Shown one piece after another: positions 41,316 to 50,128 of a stretch of 64,000 bases of DNA. Origin of the DNA: Lysobacterales bacterium. GTDB lineage: Bacteria > Pseudomonadota > Gammaproteobacteria > Xanthomonadales > SZUA-5. Under the pieces are notes generated by a model that was not told where the DNA came from, did not search any database, and worked only from the letters and a program-made list of their open reading frames with translations. Each line of letters starts with the position of its first letter. The first letter of the stretch is position 1. The stretch lies in NCBI GenBank assembly GCA_022844165.1, contig JALHMH010000005.1, positions 1-64,000 of the forward strand, in the 5' to 3' direction. The translations under genes and the position numbers were made by a program.

Positions 41316-43502
41316 TCATCCGATCACGACCAGATTGGCCTGGGCCAGTTTCAAATACCGCTGACCATGCGTTTCGAAATTCACTTGCACGATGGCGTGC
41401 ATACCGTGGCCTTGCCCGCCGATGACGATGCCTTCGCCATACTGAGCATGCGAGACGCGGCTACCGATACTGATCGACGGCAGGTCCAGCAGGTCCATTG
41501 GCTGCTCGCGTTGCCGCTGCGCAAAGGCGTAACCCGTTGCCCTGTAAGCTGTCTTTTTTGGGCGCACTTCGAACAATAGTTCGCCCGGGATCTCGCGCAA
41601 AAAACGCGACGGCGGATTGGAATTCTCCTGGCCGCGAAAGCGCCGCGTCTCCGCATGACTCAAGGTGAGCTGGCGTCGTGCCCGGGTGATGCCCACGTAT
41701 GCCAATCGCCGTTCCTCATTGAGCTGCACATCGCCGGATTCGCTGGCCCGGGAACTGGGGAACAAACCCTCTTCCAGGCCCACCAAAAAAACACACGAGA
41801 ACTCCAGGCCCTTGGCCGAATGCAACGTCATCAACTGCACGGCATCGTCGCCCGCCTCGGCTTGCCCATCGCCCGCGTCGAGCGCGGCGCTGGCGAGAAA
41901 TGCCTGCATTTCGCTGATGCCTTCTTTCTCGTCTTCCAAGCTCAAAACGAACCCACGCGCAACCGTAATCAGCTCGTCCAGATTGTCGACGCGCGAATCG
42001 GCATCGTGTTTGCTTTGGGCAGCATAGTGCGCACGCAAACCGCTGTCGTCGACAGCCATCGCCAGGCGCTCGTGCAGCCGCATTTCCATGGCCGGATCGA
42101 GCCGCGCGATGAGTGCGAACAAACTCTCCAACCCAGTTTTGGCGCGACCGCGAATCGCGCCGGCGTCGAGCGCCTGGCGCGCTGCAGACGACAACGGCAC
42201 CGCGGCGCTGCGTGCTGCCGACCGCAAATCCTCTAGTGTTTTCTCGCCGACGCCACGCGGTGGCGCGGAACAGACACGTTCGAACGCAGCATCGTCGTTA
42301 TGATTGGCGGCCAGCCGCAGGTATGCGAGCGCGTCTTTAATTTCGGCGCGTTCGAAGAAGCGTAATCCGCCGTAAACGCGATAGCGAATGCCATAGCGCA
42401 TCAACTCGTCTTCAAAGACCCGCGACAATGCGTTCGCGCGATATAAAATCGCATGGTCCTTCAACGTATATTCGCCTTGCACGCCACGCCGAATACGTTC
42501 GACGACATAACGCGCTTCTTCTTGCTCGTTGTACGCGGCGTACAGCATGATCGGCTCTCCGCCACCGGCGTCGGTCCAGAGCGCTTTCCCGAGGCGGTCA
42601 TCGTTGTGCGCTATGACAGCGTTCGCCGCCGCCAGGATATTGCCGCTTGAGCGATAATTTTGCTCCAAGCGAAAGGTCGACACAGCCGGGAAGTCGCGGG
42701 TAAAGCGTGCCATGTTCTCGACGCGCGCTCCGCGCCAGCTGTAGATCGACTGATCGTCGTCGCCCACAGCAAAGACCTCACCCGACGTTCCGGCCAGCAT
42801 GCGTATCCACGCGTACTGGATGGTATTGGTGTCCTGGAACTCGTCCACCAGCAGATGCGAAAAGCGCCGCCGGTAATGTTCGAGCAGCGCTGGCTGGCCC
42901 AACCACAACTCATGGCTGCGCAGCAGAATTTCTGCGAAATCGACCAATCCCTGACGTTGGCAACTGTGTTGATACCGCTCGTACACATCGATCCAGGTCG
43001 GCAACTCCTGACTGTAGGCTGGATCAACATCGTTAGGCCGCCGGCCCTCGTCTTTCCACATGTTGATCAGCCAGACGCCCTTGCGCGGCTGAAACAGAGA
43101 ATCGTCCAGACCGGCATCGGCGATCACCCGTTTGACCAGCCGCAGCTGATCATCGCTGTCGAGCACCTGGAATCCGGCAGGGAGTCCCGCCTCCGCGTGG
43201 TGCAGCCGCAACAACCGATGCGCGAGACCGTGGAATGTACCGATCCACAAACCGCGCGTCGGCCGATCAAGTTGTCGCTCGCAGCGTTCGCGCATTTCTG
43301 CGGCCGCTTTGTTGGTGAAGGTGACCGCCAAAATCGCATGCGGCCAGACGTCGAAAGCCTCCACCAACCACGCAATGCGCTGGGTCAATACGCGCGTCTT
43401 CCCGGATCCGGCACCGGCCAGCACCAGATGATGGCCCGCCGGCGCACTGACTGCGGCGCGCTGCGCCTCATTGAGGCCCTGAAGCAAGTGAGTAAGGTCC
43501 AT
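41316..43502 (-). CDS. uvrD: DNA helicase II
   Basis: AGAGSGKT, DEFQDTN, GDDDQSIY, LEQNYRS, MTLHSAKGLEF, EERRLAYVGITRA. Confidence 0.95.
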   Translation of the reverse strand: MDLTHLLQGLNEAQRAAVSAPAGHHLVLAGAGSGKTRVLTQRIAWLVEAFDVWPHAILAVTFTNKAAAEMRERCERQLDRPTRGLWIGTFHGLAHRLLRLHHAEAGLPAGFQVLDSDDQLRLVKRVIADAGLDDSLFQPRKGVWLINMWKDEGRRPNDVDPAYSQELPTWIDVYERYQHSCQRQGLVDFAEILLRSHELWLGQPALLEHYRRRFSHLLVDEFQDTNTIQYAWIRMLAGTSGEVFAVGDDDQSIYSWRGARVENMARFTRDFPAVSTFRLEQNYRSSGNILAAANAVIAHNDDRLGKALWTDAGGGEPIMLYAAYNEQEEARYVVERIRRGVQGEYTLKDHAILYRANALSRVFEDELMRYGIRYRVYGGLRFFERAEIKDALAYLRLAANHNDDAAFERVCSAPPRGVGEKTLEDLRSAARSAAVPLSSAARQALDAGAIRGRAKTGLESLFALIARLDPAMEMRLHERLAMAVDDSGLRAHYAAQSKHDADSRVDNLDELITVARGFVLSLEDEKEGISEMQAFLASAALDAGDGQAEAGDDAVQLMTLHSAKGLEFSCVFLVGLEEGLFPSSRASESGDVQLNEERRLAYVGITRARRQLTLSHAETRRFRGQENSNPPSRFLREIPGELLFEVRPKKTAYRATGYAFAQRQREQPMDLLDLPSISIGSRVSHAQYGEGIVIGGQGHGMHAIVQVNFETHGQRYLKLAQANLVVIG

Positions 43503-43729
43503 AGTCTGGCGCTAAGCGTGTTTGGACTGCGAATCAGGGCTTGTCGAAAGGCCCGGGGCATTTGGCATCCTGCCGGCCACGATCGCGGATTTGCGACCGT
43601 CGATCCTTTCGTTCGCAGAGAACCAACCCATGACCTAAAGCCCATCGCAGCCACATTCGTCGCCGGATATCATGCACGACGCCGCGCAAGTTCGTCGTGG
43701 GCATCGTCGTTTGTTTGGAGGAGTTTCTC

Positions 43730-45583
43730 TTGGAAAAGCGTCCTGGGTTTTTCCGCCGGTTTTTCGGCGGGCTGTGGAACGGGCTGAACTTCACCCGCCA
43801 GTTAGTTTTCAACCTGGTTTTCTTGTTCATTTTGATTGCGATCGTCGCCTCAATTTTCAGCGGCGGCGAGGGCAAGATCCGCGAAAAAACCACATTGGTG
43901 CTTGATATCAAAGGCGAGATCGTCGACCAGTATTCCGGCAGTCCGGCTGACGTTGCATTGTCCCGCGCACTGGGCGAAGAAGTGCCCGAAACGCAGTTGC
44001 GAGATGTCGTCAAGGCGCTTGAGGAAGCGGCAAAAGACGACAACATCACACAAGTGCTAATCCACCTGAATGGCTTCGGCGGTGCGGGTGTTTCGACCTT
44101 ACGTGAGGTCGGCCGCGCGATCGATGCCTTTCAAACCAGCGGCAAGAAAGTGATCACCTACGGCGAGTTTATCGACCAGACGGGCTACTACCTTGCCGCG
44201 CACGGCGATGCCGTCTACATGCACCCCGAAGGCATGGTTTTGCTTGAAGGCCTCGGACGCTACCGGAACTACTATCGCTCCGCACTCGAAAAATTCGGAG
44301 TGACGATGCACGTGTTTCGCGTCGGCCGTTATAAGAGCGCGGTGGAACCCTATCTGCTCGATGGTCCGTCGGACGATGCGCGCGACGCCGACCGCTACTG
44401 GTTGAACGATGTTTGGAGCGTGTTTCTGGCCGATATTGCCAAAGCGCGAAATCTCGATGTTGCTGGCTTAAGTGCCATGATCGACGAGTTGCCGCAGCGT
44501 CTCGCAGCGGTGGAAGGAAATCTGGCGCAACTGGCGATCGATGAGAAGTTGGTCGATGGCACCAAAACCCCCGACGAGTTGCGGGCTATGTTGATTGAGT
44601 CCGGTGCCAGGGACGATGACAAGGAAAGCACGTTTCGCCAGGTCGCCTTACAAAGCTACGTCAAGCGTTTCCCCGCACCCATGCCGCTGCCAGGCAGCAA
44701 ACACGTCGGCGTGATCGTAGCTGCCGGAGCGATCCAGAGCGGCTCCCAACCGCAGGGCACGATCGGCGGCAAAAGCACCAGCGATCTGGTGCGCCGCGCT
44801 CGCGAAGACGAGAACATCAAGGCGCTGGTGCTGCGCGTCGATTCGCCGGGCGGCAGCGGTTTCGATTCGGAGCTCATTCGCCGTGAAATCGAACTGACCA
44901 AAGCCGCGGGCAAACCGGTGGTCGTATCGATGGGCGATCTTGCTGCGTCGGGTGGTTATTGGATCTCGATGACCTCCGATGTGATTTATGCCGAACCGAC
45001 AACCATCACCGGCTCGATCGGCATTTTCGGCTTGTTCCCGGATGCCAGCCAGACCCTGGATAAAGTGGGCTTACATACGGAAGGCACCACAACCACCTGG
45101 CTGGCCGGCGCGCTTGATCCACGGCGCGCGCTTGATCCTCGCGTCGGCGAAATGTTGCAGACCATGATCAATGCCGGTTACCAGGACTTTATCGGCAAGG
45201 TCGCCTCCAGTCGCGGCAAGACCAAAGAGCAAATCGATGCGATCGGACAAGGCCGCGTTTGGAGCGGCACACAAGCCAAAGAACGTGGCCTCGTCGACGA
45301 AATCGGCGGTCTCACCGATGCCATCGCAGATGCGGCGAAGCGCGCCAACCTCTCCGATTACAAAGTCGTTTATGTCGAAAAGGAACCCAGCGGATTCGAG
45401 GCTTTTGTCGCCAGCATGACTGCTCGAATTTCCGCCGGCATCGCAAATAGCGTCGGATCGGCCTACGTGCCGAGCTTTTTGCGAAGCTCCCAGCGCGAAT
45501 TGCAGCGCGAACTGAAGCTGCTGGAAGGCTGGGAGCAGCAACCACTACGCACCTACGCTTATTGCTTCTGCGACATTCGCTAA
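43730..45583 (+). CDS. sppA: Signal peptide peptidase SppA (67K type)
   Basis: GRYKSAVEPY, LRVDSPGGS, SMGDLAASGGYW, TGSIGIFG; TTG start after GGAGGA. Confidence 0.95.
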   Translation: MEKRPGFFRRFFGGLWNGLNFTRQLVFNLVFLFILIAIVASIFSGGEGKIREKTTLVLDIKGEIVDQYSGSPADVALSRALGEEVPETQLRDVVKALEEAAKDDNITQVLIHLNGFGGAGVSTLREVGRAIDAFQTSGKKVITYGEFIDQTGYYLAAHGDAVYMHPEGMVLLEGLGRYRNYYRSALEKFGVTMHVFRVGRYKSAVEPYLLDGPSDDARDADRYWLNDVWSVFLADIAKARNLDVAGLSAMIDELPQRLAAVEGNLAQLAIDEKLVDGTKTPDELRAMLIESGARDDDKESTFRQVALQSYVKRFPAPMPLPGSKHVGVIVAAGAIQSGSQPQGTIGGKSTSDLVRRAREDENIKALVLRVDSPGGSGFDSELIRREIELTKAAGKPVVVSMGDLAASGGYWISMTSDVIYAEPTTITGSIGIFGLFPDASQTLDKVGLHTEGTTTTWLAGALDPRRALDPRVGEMLQTMINAGYQDFIGKVASSRGKTKEQIDAIGQGRVWSGTQAKERGLVDEIGGLTDAIADAAKRANLSDYKVVYVEKEPSGFEAFVASMTARISAGIANSVGSAYVPSFLRSSQRELQRELKLLEGWEQQPLRTYAYCFCDIR

Positions 45584-45598
45584 CATCGATCGACGAAG

Positions 45599-45624
45599 GC
45601 CGGCGCCCGCAATTGGGCGCCGGC
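45599..45624. terminator. Hairpin between convergent genes
   Basis: 10-bp perfect stem GCCGGCGCCC / GGGCGCCGGC. Confidence 0.5.
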
Positions 45625-45656
45625 ACACTGGCCCGATTCCGTTCAAAACCAATGCT

Positions 45657-47666
45657 CTACTGACTGGCCGCTGTCGCCCAATGCAAATCGACGGTCAAGG
45701 CATCGTTCCGCGCCACAATCGCAAAACTGCCGTCGCGAGACACTGTGATTCCTCGCGTGAGCGTATTTGACGTCGGCCATGGCGTGGGCGCCTTGTGATC
45801 GCCATCGACACGCACCACATGACCTGTCTTGCTCTCCACGGCGTACAAGGTTGACCCGACGACAATCCAGTGTTCGGCTCTGGTTTGATCCAACGTCAGA
45901 TCGATCGTGACACAGTCTGCGCGACAGCGTTGAATAGTTGTACCACGCCGTACGTAAATCGCGTCGTCCCCCACGGCGTACTGATCGACACGCATGGCGC
46001 CGATCTCTTCCGTGCCAGCGGCATCGTGTCGGAACAATCGCTGTGACTCGCCTTCGCCGAGCAGATAGTAGATTCGACCAGCGCGATCGCCGCGCGCGTC
46101 GTGCGCGCCGAACGGCAACCCAACGGGCTCGGCGCGATCAGCGCCTAGCGTGTAGCGGACGATGTCGGTTGTCACACCGCGATAGCGGGTCAGCAGCAGC
46201 CTGCGCTCGTCGACAAATGCAGGATGTGCCCAGCGTTCCCCTTCAGGTGCGGGCAGACGCCGCTCCGACCCGCTCGACAAATCCAGTTGATAGAGCGAGT
46301 CGAAGCCGTCCCGATTGCTCTGATAAATCACCGAACGATCATCCGGCGCGAGCTGCGGATAGGCATCGTAACGCGTCGATAGCGTCAGCTGTTTCGATGT
46401 GCCGTCGGCCCGATGCAGCCACAAATTCGCGTCATATTGAGCCATCTCGAAGACGATGGTCCCTGCGACCGTATCTGGATAACGCGCCCCGCGGGCACCG
46501 AGCAACGTCGTCTCGCCGGTTTGTGGATCGAAACTCACCAGGGCACGAAATCCAAGGACATCGCTCGCCAGAATCAGCGCCGGCGATTTCCCGGCCGCAT
46601 AACCGTAGAGCAGGCTTGGCGGCAATCCTGGAACTAATTCGGCTCGACCGTCGATCCATCGGAACAACGACTGCGCATCGTCCCTGGCACGGGAAAAGTA
46701 CAAAGTTCCGTGCAGGCGCCTGGGATCGACATCGAAACCCGCACCATCCGGTGGCATCGTGAGTTGTTCTATGGCACCTGTCGCAATATCGAGACGCGCC
46801 AGCCCTCGGTCGACGGCAGTGAACAGCACATCACCGCCATCGATGTCCGGGCAACTGCGCACTGCAGCGCATTCCGCAAGGCCACTCGCCTGTTCACTGC
46901 GCAGCGACTGGCGCATCAATGTACAACGACCAGCGGCCCGCCGAACGAACACGATGTCGTTACCCAGCCATGTGGGGCAGTTATCCCAGGCACTGCCATC
47001 CGTCAGCAGCCGGCGCTCGGCGGTGGACAAGGTCTGCACCACGATTCGCGAGCCCGGCTGGGCGGACTCGGCATATGCGACTTGAGTTGCATCGGGCGAC
47101 AGCCGCGGCGAGACCTCAAGGCCAGCTGCGCTGGTCAGCGGCTGTGCGCGGAGCAACATAGCCGCATTCAGACCCGGCGCGTCCGTCACTCCCTGCAGTG
47201 CAAGGTGGCGCCAGAAAAACGAAAGGGAAATAGCAAGCAGCGCGAGTGCGAGAAGACGCAGCCCCCAGCGCGAGCGCACAGCAGAATCGGCGCGCAACAC
47301 CTCCACGGGCTCAACCCCGGTCATTGAAACCGACGTTTCCACGGGCAACGGCCTGACCGGTGCAATCAGCCGGTAACCGAGTTTTGGAATGGTGGCGATG
47401 TACGTCGGCTCGCGAGGATCGTCGCCCAACGCCTGGCGCAAGTCCGCAATTGACCGCGACAGAACCTCATCGTTGACCACGCGCCGCTGCCATGCCGCTT
47501 CCAGCAGTTGCTCCCGTGTGACCGTCTCCCCCGGCGTATCGGCTAACCGCAGCAGCAGTTGCACCAGACGCGGCGGCAATCGAATGGCGGTTCCATTGCG
47601 ATGCAGCTCGTGGCGATCTGCCCAGAGTTGTGCTTGCCCAATGATCAGGCGACGAGTTGGAGTCAT
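45657..47666 (-). CDS. CadC/ToxR-like wHTH regulator with TM helix and TolB-like (PD40) periplasmic propeller
   Basis: LSRSIADLRQALGDD...YIATIPKLGYRL; single TM; PRLSPD..VAY, YPQLAPDDRSVIYQSNRDG. Confidence 0.88.
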   Translation of the reverse strand: MTPTRRLIIGQAQLWADRHELHRNGTAIRLPPRLVQLLLRLADTPGETVTREQLLEAAWQRRVVNDEVLSRSIADLRQALGDDPREPTYIATIPKLGYRLIAPVRPLPVETSVSMTGVEPVEVLRADSAVRSRWGLRLLALALLAISLSFFWRHLALQGVTDAPGLNAAMLLRAQPLTSAAGLEVSPRLSPDATQVAYAESAQPGSRIVVQTLSTAERRLLTDGSAWDNCPTWLGNDIVFVRRAAGRCTLMRQSLRSEQASGLAECAAVRSCPDIDGGDVLFTAVDRGLARLDIATGAIEQLTMPPDGAGFDVDPRRLHGTLYFSRARDDAQSLFRWIDGRAELVPGLPPSLLYGYAAGKSPALILASDVLGFRALVSFDPQTGETTLLGARGARYPDTVAGTIVFEMAQYDANLWLHRADGTSKQLTLSTRYDAYPQLAPDDRSVIYQSNRDGFDSLYQLDLSSGSERRLPAPEGERWAHPAFVDERRLLLTRYRGVTTDIVRYTLGADRAEPVGLPFGAHDARGDRAGRIYYLLGEGESQRLFRHDAAGTEEIGAMRVDQYAVGDDAIYVRRGTTIQRCRADCVTIDLTLDQTRAEHWIVVGSTLYAVESKTGHVVRVDGDHKAPTPWPTSNTLTRGITVSRDGSFAIVARNDALTVDLHWATAASQ

Positions 47667-47810
47667 CTGATTAGCATAAGCAGCACGACGCAATAAATGG
47701 CGGAAAACCTCAGCGTTTCACACAAAAAGGAGGTTAAGTTCCGACGAACATCAGGTGCAAACACAGGCTGACGAGCACCATGAGTCTCCCCCAACCAGAA
47801 GGAGGCTGAC

Positions 47811-49115
47811 ATGCAACGTTCGATCTCTGCGATTGCCCTGCTCGCACTCGCGTCATCTGCAAATGCACAAACATGCAACCATCGGCTGCTGGTCAGCGGC
47901 TATTTCAGTTCCGTACATGTGTACGATGCCTGCACTGGCGCCTACGAGCGGTTGCTTGACGATCAGAACCGGATTCGCGGCCCACAAGCCACGCGAATCG
48001 GGCCGGACGGGAAACTCTATGTCGTATCGGAAGAAACCGGGCAGATCCTGCGCTACAACGCCACGTCGCTCGCGTACGAAGGGGTGGCCGTCACGTTGCC
48101 GGCTAACTTTGGCGCCACCGGCATCGACTTTCGGAACGGCGAAATCTACATCGGCGGTTACAACTACGACGGTGTGCAGCGCTATCGGCTGAGTGATGGT
48201 ACGCTGGTTGGCGATGCCTTCCCGCGCAGTGCAGCGGGCTTGAATGGCCCCGACAACGGGTTGGTCTTTGGCCCCGACGGCCGTTTGTACGTACCTGGAT
48301 TCGACAGCGACTCCGTCGTTCGTTTCGACCCAATCACCAACACGGTCAACGTCTTCATCGCTGCACGCGCGGGAACTTTGGACGAAACGCGCGGGATCCT
48401 GTTCGAGCCTGGCGCCACCACTCTGCTGGTCGCCAGCGAACGCAACGGCAAGGTGCTGCGCTTTAACGCCGACGGCAGTTTCAACGGCGACTTCACCACG
48501 GGCCTTTCGCGGCCCACGGGTCTCGCTTACCATCCGGACGGCAGCGTGCTGGTCGCACATGTTGCCGGCGTGAGCAAACATGATCCAGCCACCGGCGCCT
48601 CGCGTGGGTTGTTCGCAGATGCCACTGCCGGCGGGGTTTCAGGCCCAACCTTCGTGACCGTGATTCCGAAGGCGGCGACTGTCGATACTGCGCAAGTCGG
48701 AACTCAGTACTGGATCAGTGGTTTGGGCAATGCAAGCGGGCGCAGTATCGTTGTCGATCAAATGGCCAGTGCGACCGGCGCGCGCTTCGGCGCAGCATTT
48801 AACCCCGCAGCGATCGCGCGCAAACGTTGGGGTTCGCTCCGCATTGATTTTACCAGCTGCACCGAAGGCCAATTTTCCTGGCAATCGAGCGGCGCCGACA
48901 GCGCCGGTTTCGGCGATGGCAACTACCGCATCATTCGTGCCGTAGAAAACGACGCCACGCAGCGCTGCCTGAGCGCTGGTTTCGCCAACGCAAACGACCT
49001 GTTATGGACCATTGGCACCTGGTTCGGTGGCGCATCGCGCGACGGCGAAGGCCTGATGATCGACAGAACCGCCGACGGTCGACCATTCGTCGCCTGGTTT
49101 ACGCATCGGCCGTGA
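47811..49115 (+). CDS. Secreted NHL/Vgb-like beta-propeller protein with permuted C-terminal beta domain
   Basis: Signal peptide; repeats GPDGKLYV, FGPDGRLYV, PTGLAYHPDG; tail GARFGAAF..WG then GTWF..GEGLMI..FVAWFT. Confidence 0.82.
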   Translation: MQRSISAIALLALASSANAQTCNHRLLVSGYFSSVHVYDACTGAYERLLDDQNRIRGPQATRIGPDGKLYVVSEETGQILRYNATSLAYEGVAVTLPANFGATGIDFRNGEIYIGGYNYDGVQRYRLSDGTLVGDAFPRSAAGLNGPDNGLVFGPDGRLYVPGFDSDSVVRFDPITNTVNVFIAARAGTLDETRGILFEPGATTLLVASERNGKVLRFNADGSFNGDFTTGLSRPTGLAYHPDGSVLVAHVAGVSKHDPATGASRGLFADATAGGVSGPTFVTVIPKAATVDTAQVGTQYWISGLGNASGRSIVVDQMASATGARFGAAFNPAAIARKRWGSLRIDFTSCTEGQFSWQSSGADSAGFGDGNYRIIRAVENDATQRCLSAGFANANDLLWTIGTWFGGASRDGEGLMIDRTADGRPFVAWFTHRP

Positions 49116-49213
49116 GTGAAGTGGCCCTGCGAATGCCTGGACGCCGCGGTGCTGTCGCTGCCGCGGTTCAGTCCTGACGTGTTACACGGTTCTCTTCGAA
49201 ATCGGACAGCACC

Positions 49214-49903
49214 GTGGGCGGATTTCAAACCAAGTTCGAATCGGTGCGCGTTGCGGGCGTCGACAATCTCACCATTCGCTCGCTGTTCGATCGCATGCAG
49301 TTTGCCGACGACGGTGGCGAAGCCGAGCGCCTGGGCATCTCGCCAGCGCAATGGCCGCTGTTTGGCCTGCTTTGGCCCTCTGCATTGCATCTTGCCGCAC
49401 GCATCGGACAGCGCCTGGTGACGGAGGAGCGAATTCTGGAACTCGGCTGCGGACTGGCCGTACCGAGCCTCGTCGCACATCGCCGCGGCGCCGACATCAC
49501 CGCCAGCGACCACCACCCGCAAACACTGCCATTTCTCACCGAGAACCTGCGGCTCAACCGACTCCCGCCGATGAAATACGTACATCGCGCCTGGAATCCC
49601 GCCACCGTCGATGCCGATGAAAAGTATGGGCTGGTCATGGCCAGCGACGTACTCTACGAGTGCGACCCAAACGGGATCCTCGCCGAGTGCATCTCTAATC
49701 GCACGAGACCCACAGGCGAAGTGTGGATCGTCGACCCCGACCGCGGCCATCGCCCGCGCTTTACCCGACATATGCGCGAACTCGGCTTCAACGTCCAGGA
49801 AACCCGCCTCACGGCCCCGGCCGGCGCGAACGACGCGTACAAAGGTCGGATGCTGAGCTACACGCGAGTCGGCGAACACTCCGCTACCGCGCAGTTGGAC
49901 TAA
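49214..49903 (+). CDS. Class I SAM methyltransferase (Methyltransf_16 / METTL21-like)
   Basis: FGLLWPSA, ILELGCGLA, ASDHHP, ASDVLYE. Confidence 0.85.
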   Translation: MGGFQTKFESVRVAGVDNLTIRSLFDRMQFADDGGEAERLGISPAQWPLFGLLWPSALHLAARIGQRLVTEERILELGCGLAVPSLVAHRRGADITASDHHPQTLPFLTENLRLNRLPPMKYVHRAWNPATVDADEKYGLVMASDVLYECDPNGILAECISNRTRPTGEVWIVDPDRGHRPRFTRHMRELGFNVQETRLTAPAGANDAYKGRMLSYTRVGEHSATAQLD

Positions 49904-50128
49904 CGTGATGGGGGGCGGGCGATGTCCGCGCCATCCATGGCGATGGCCCGCAGGCGCCCCACTCTATGGGCTCAAAAAAGCGCGCGCGGCGGGTTTGCTG
50001 GGAGTCTGGTGGGAACAGACAAAGGCATCGCGCTATTGCACGGCGCACAGACGGGCGTGCGCATCGCGTTGCGGGTTTGCTGGAAAGTCCGTTTCCAACA
50101 GCATGTGCGTCTAAGGAGCAGCGGCCTT

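Noticed and set aside
49929-49942. CGCCATCCATGGCG REP-like palindrome
   Set aside because: Single short copy in the window; cannot establish a repeat family
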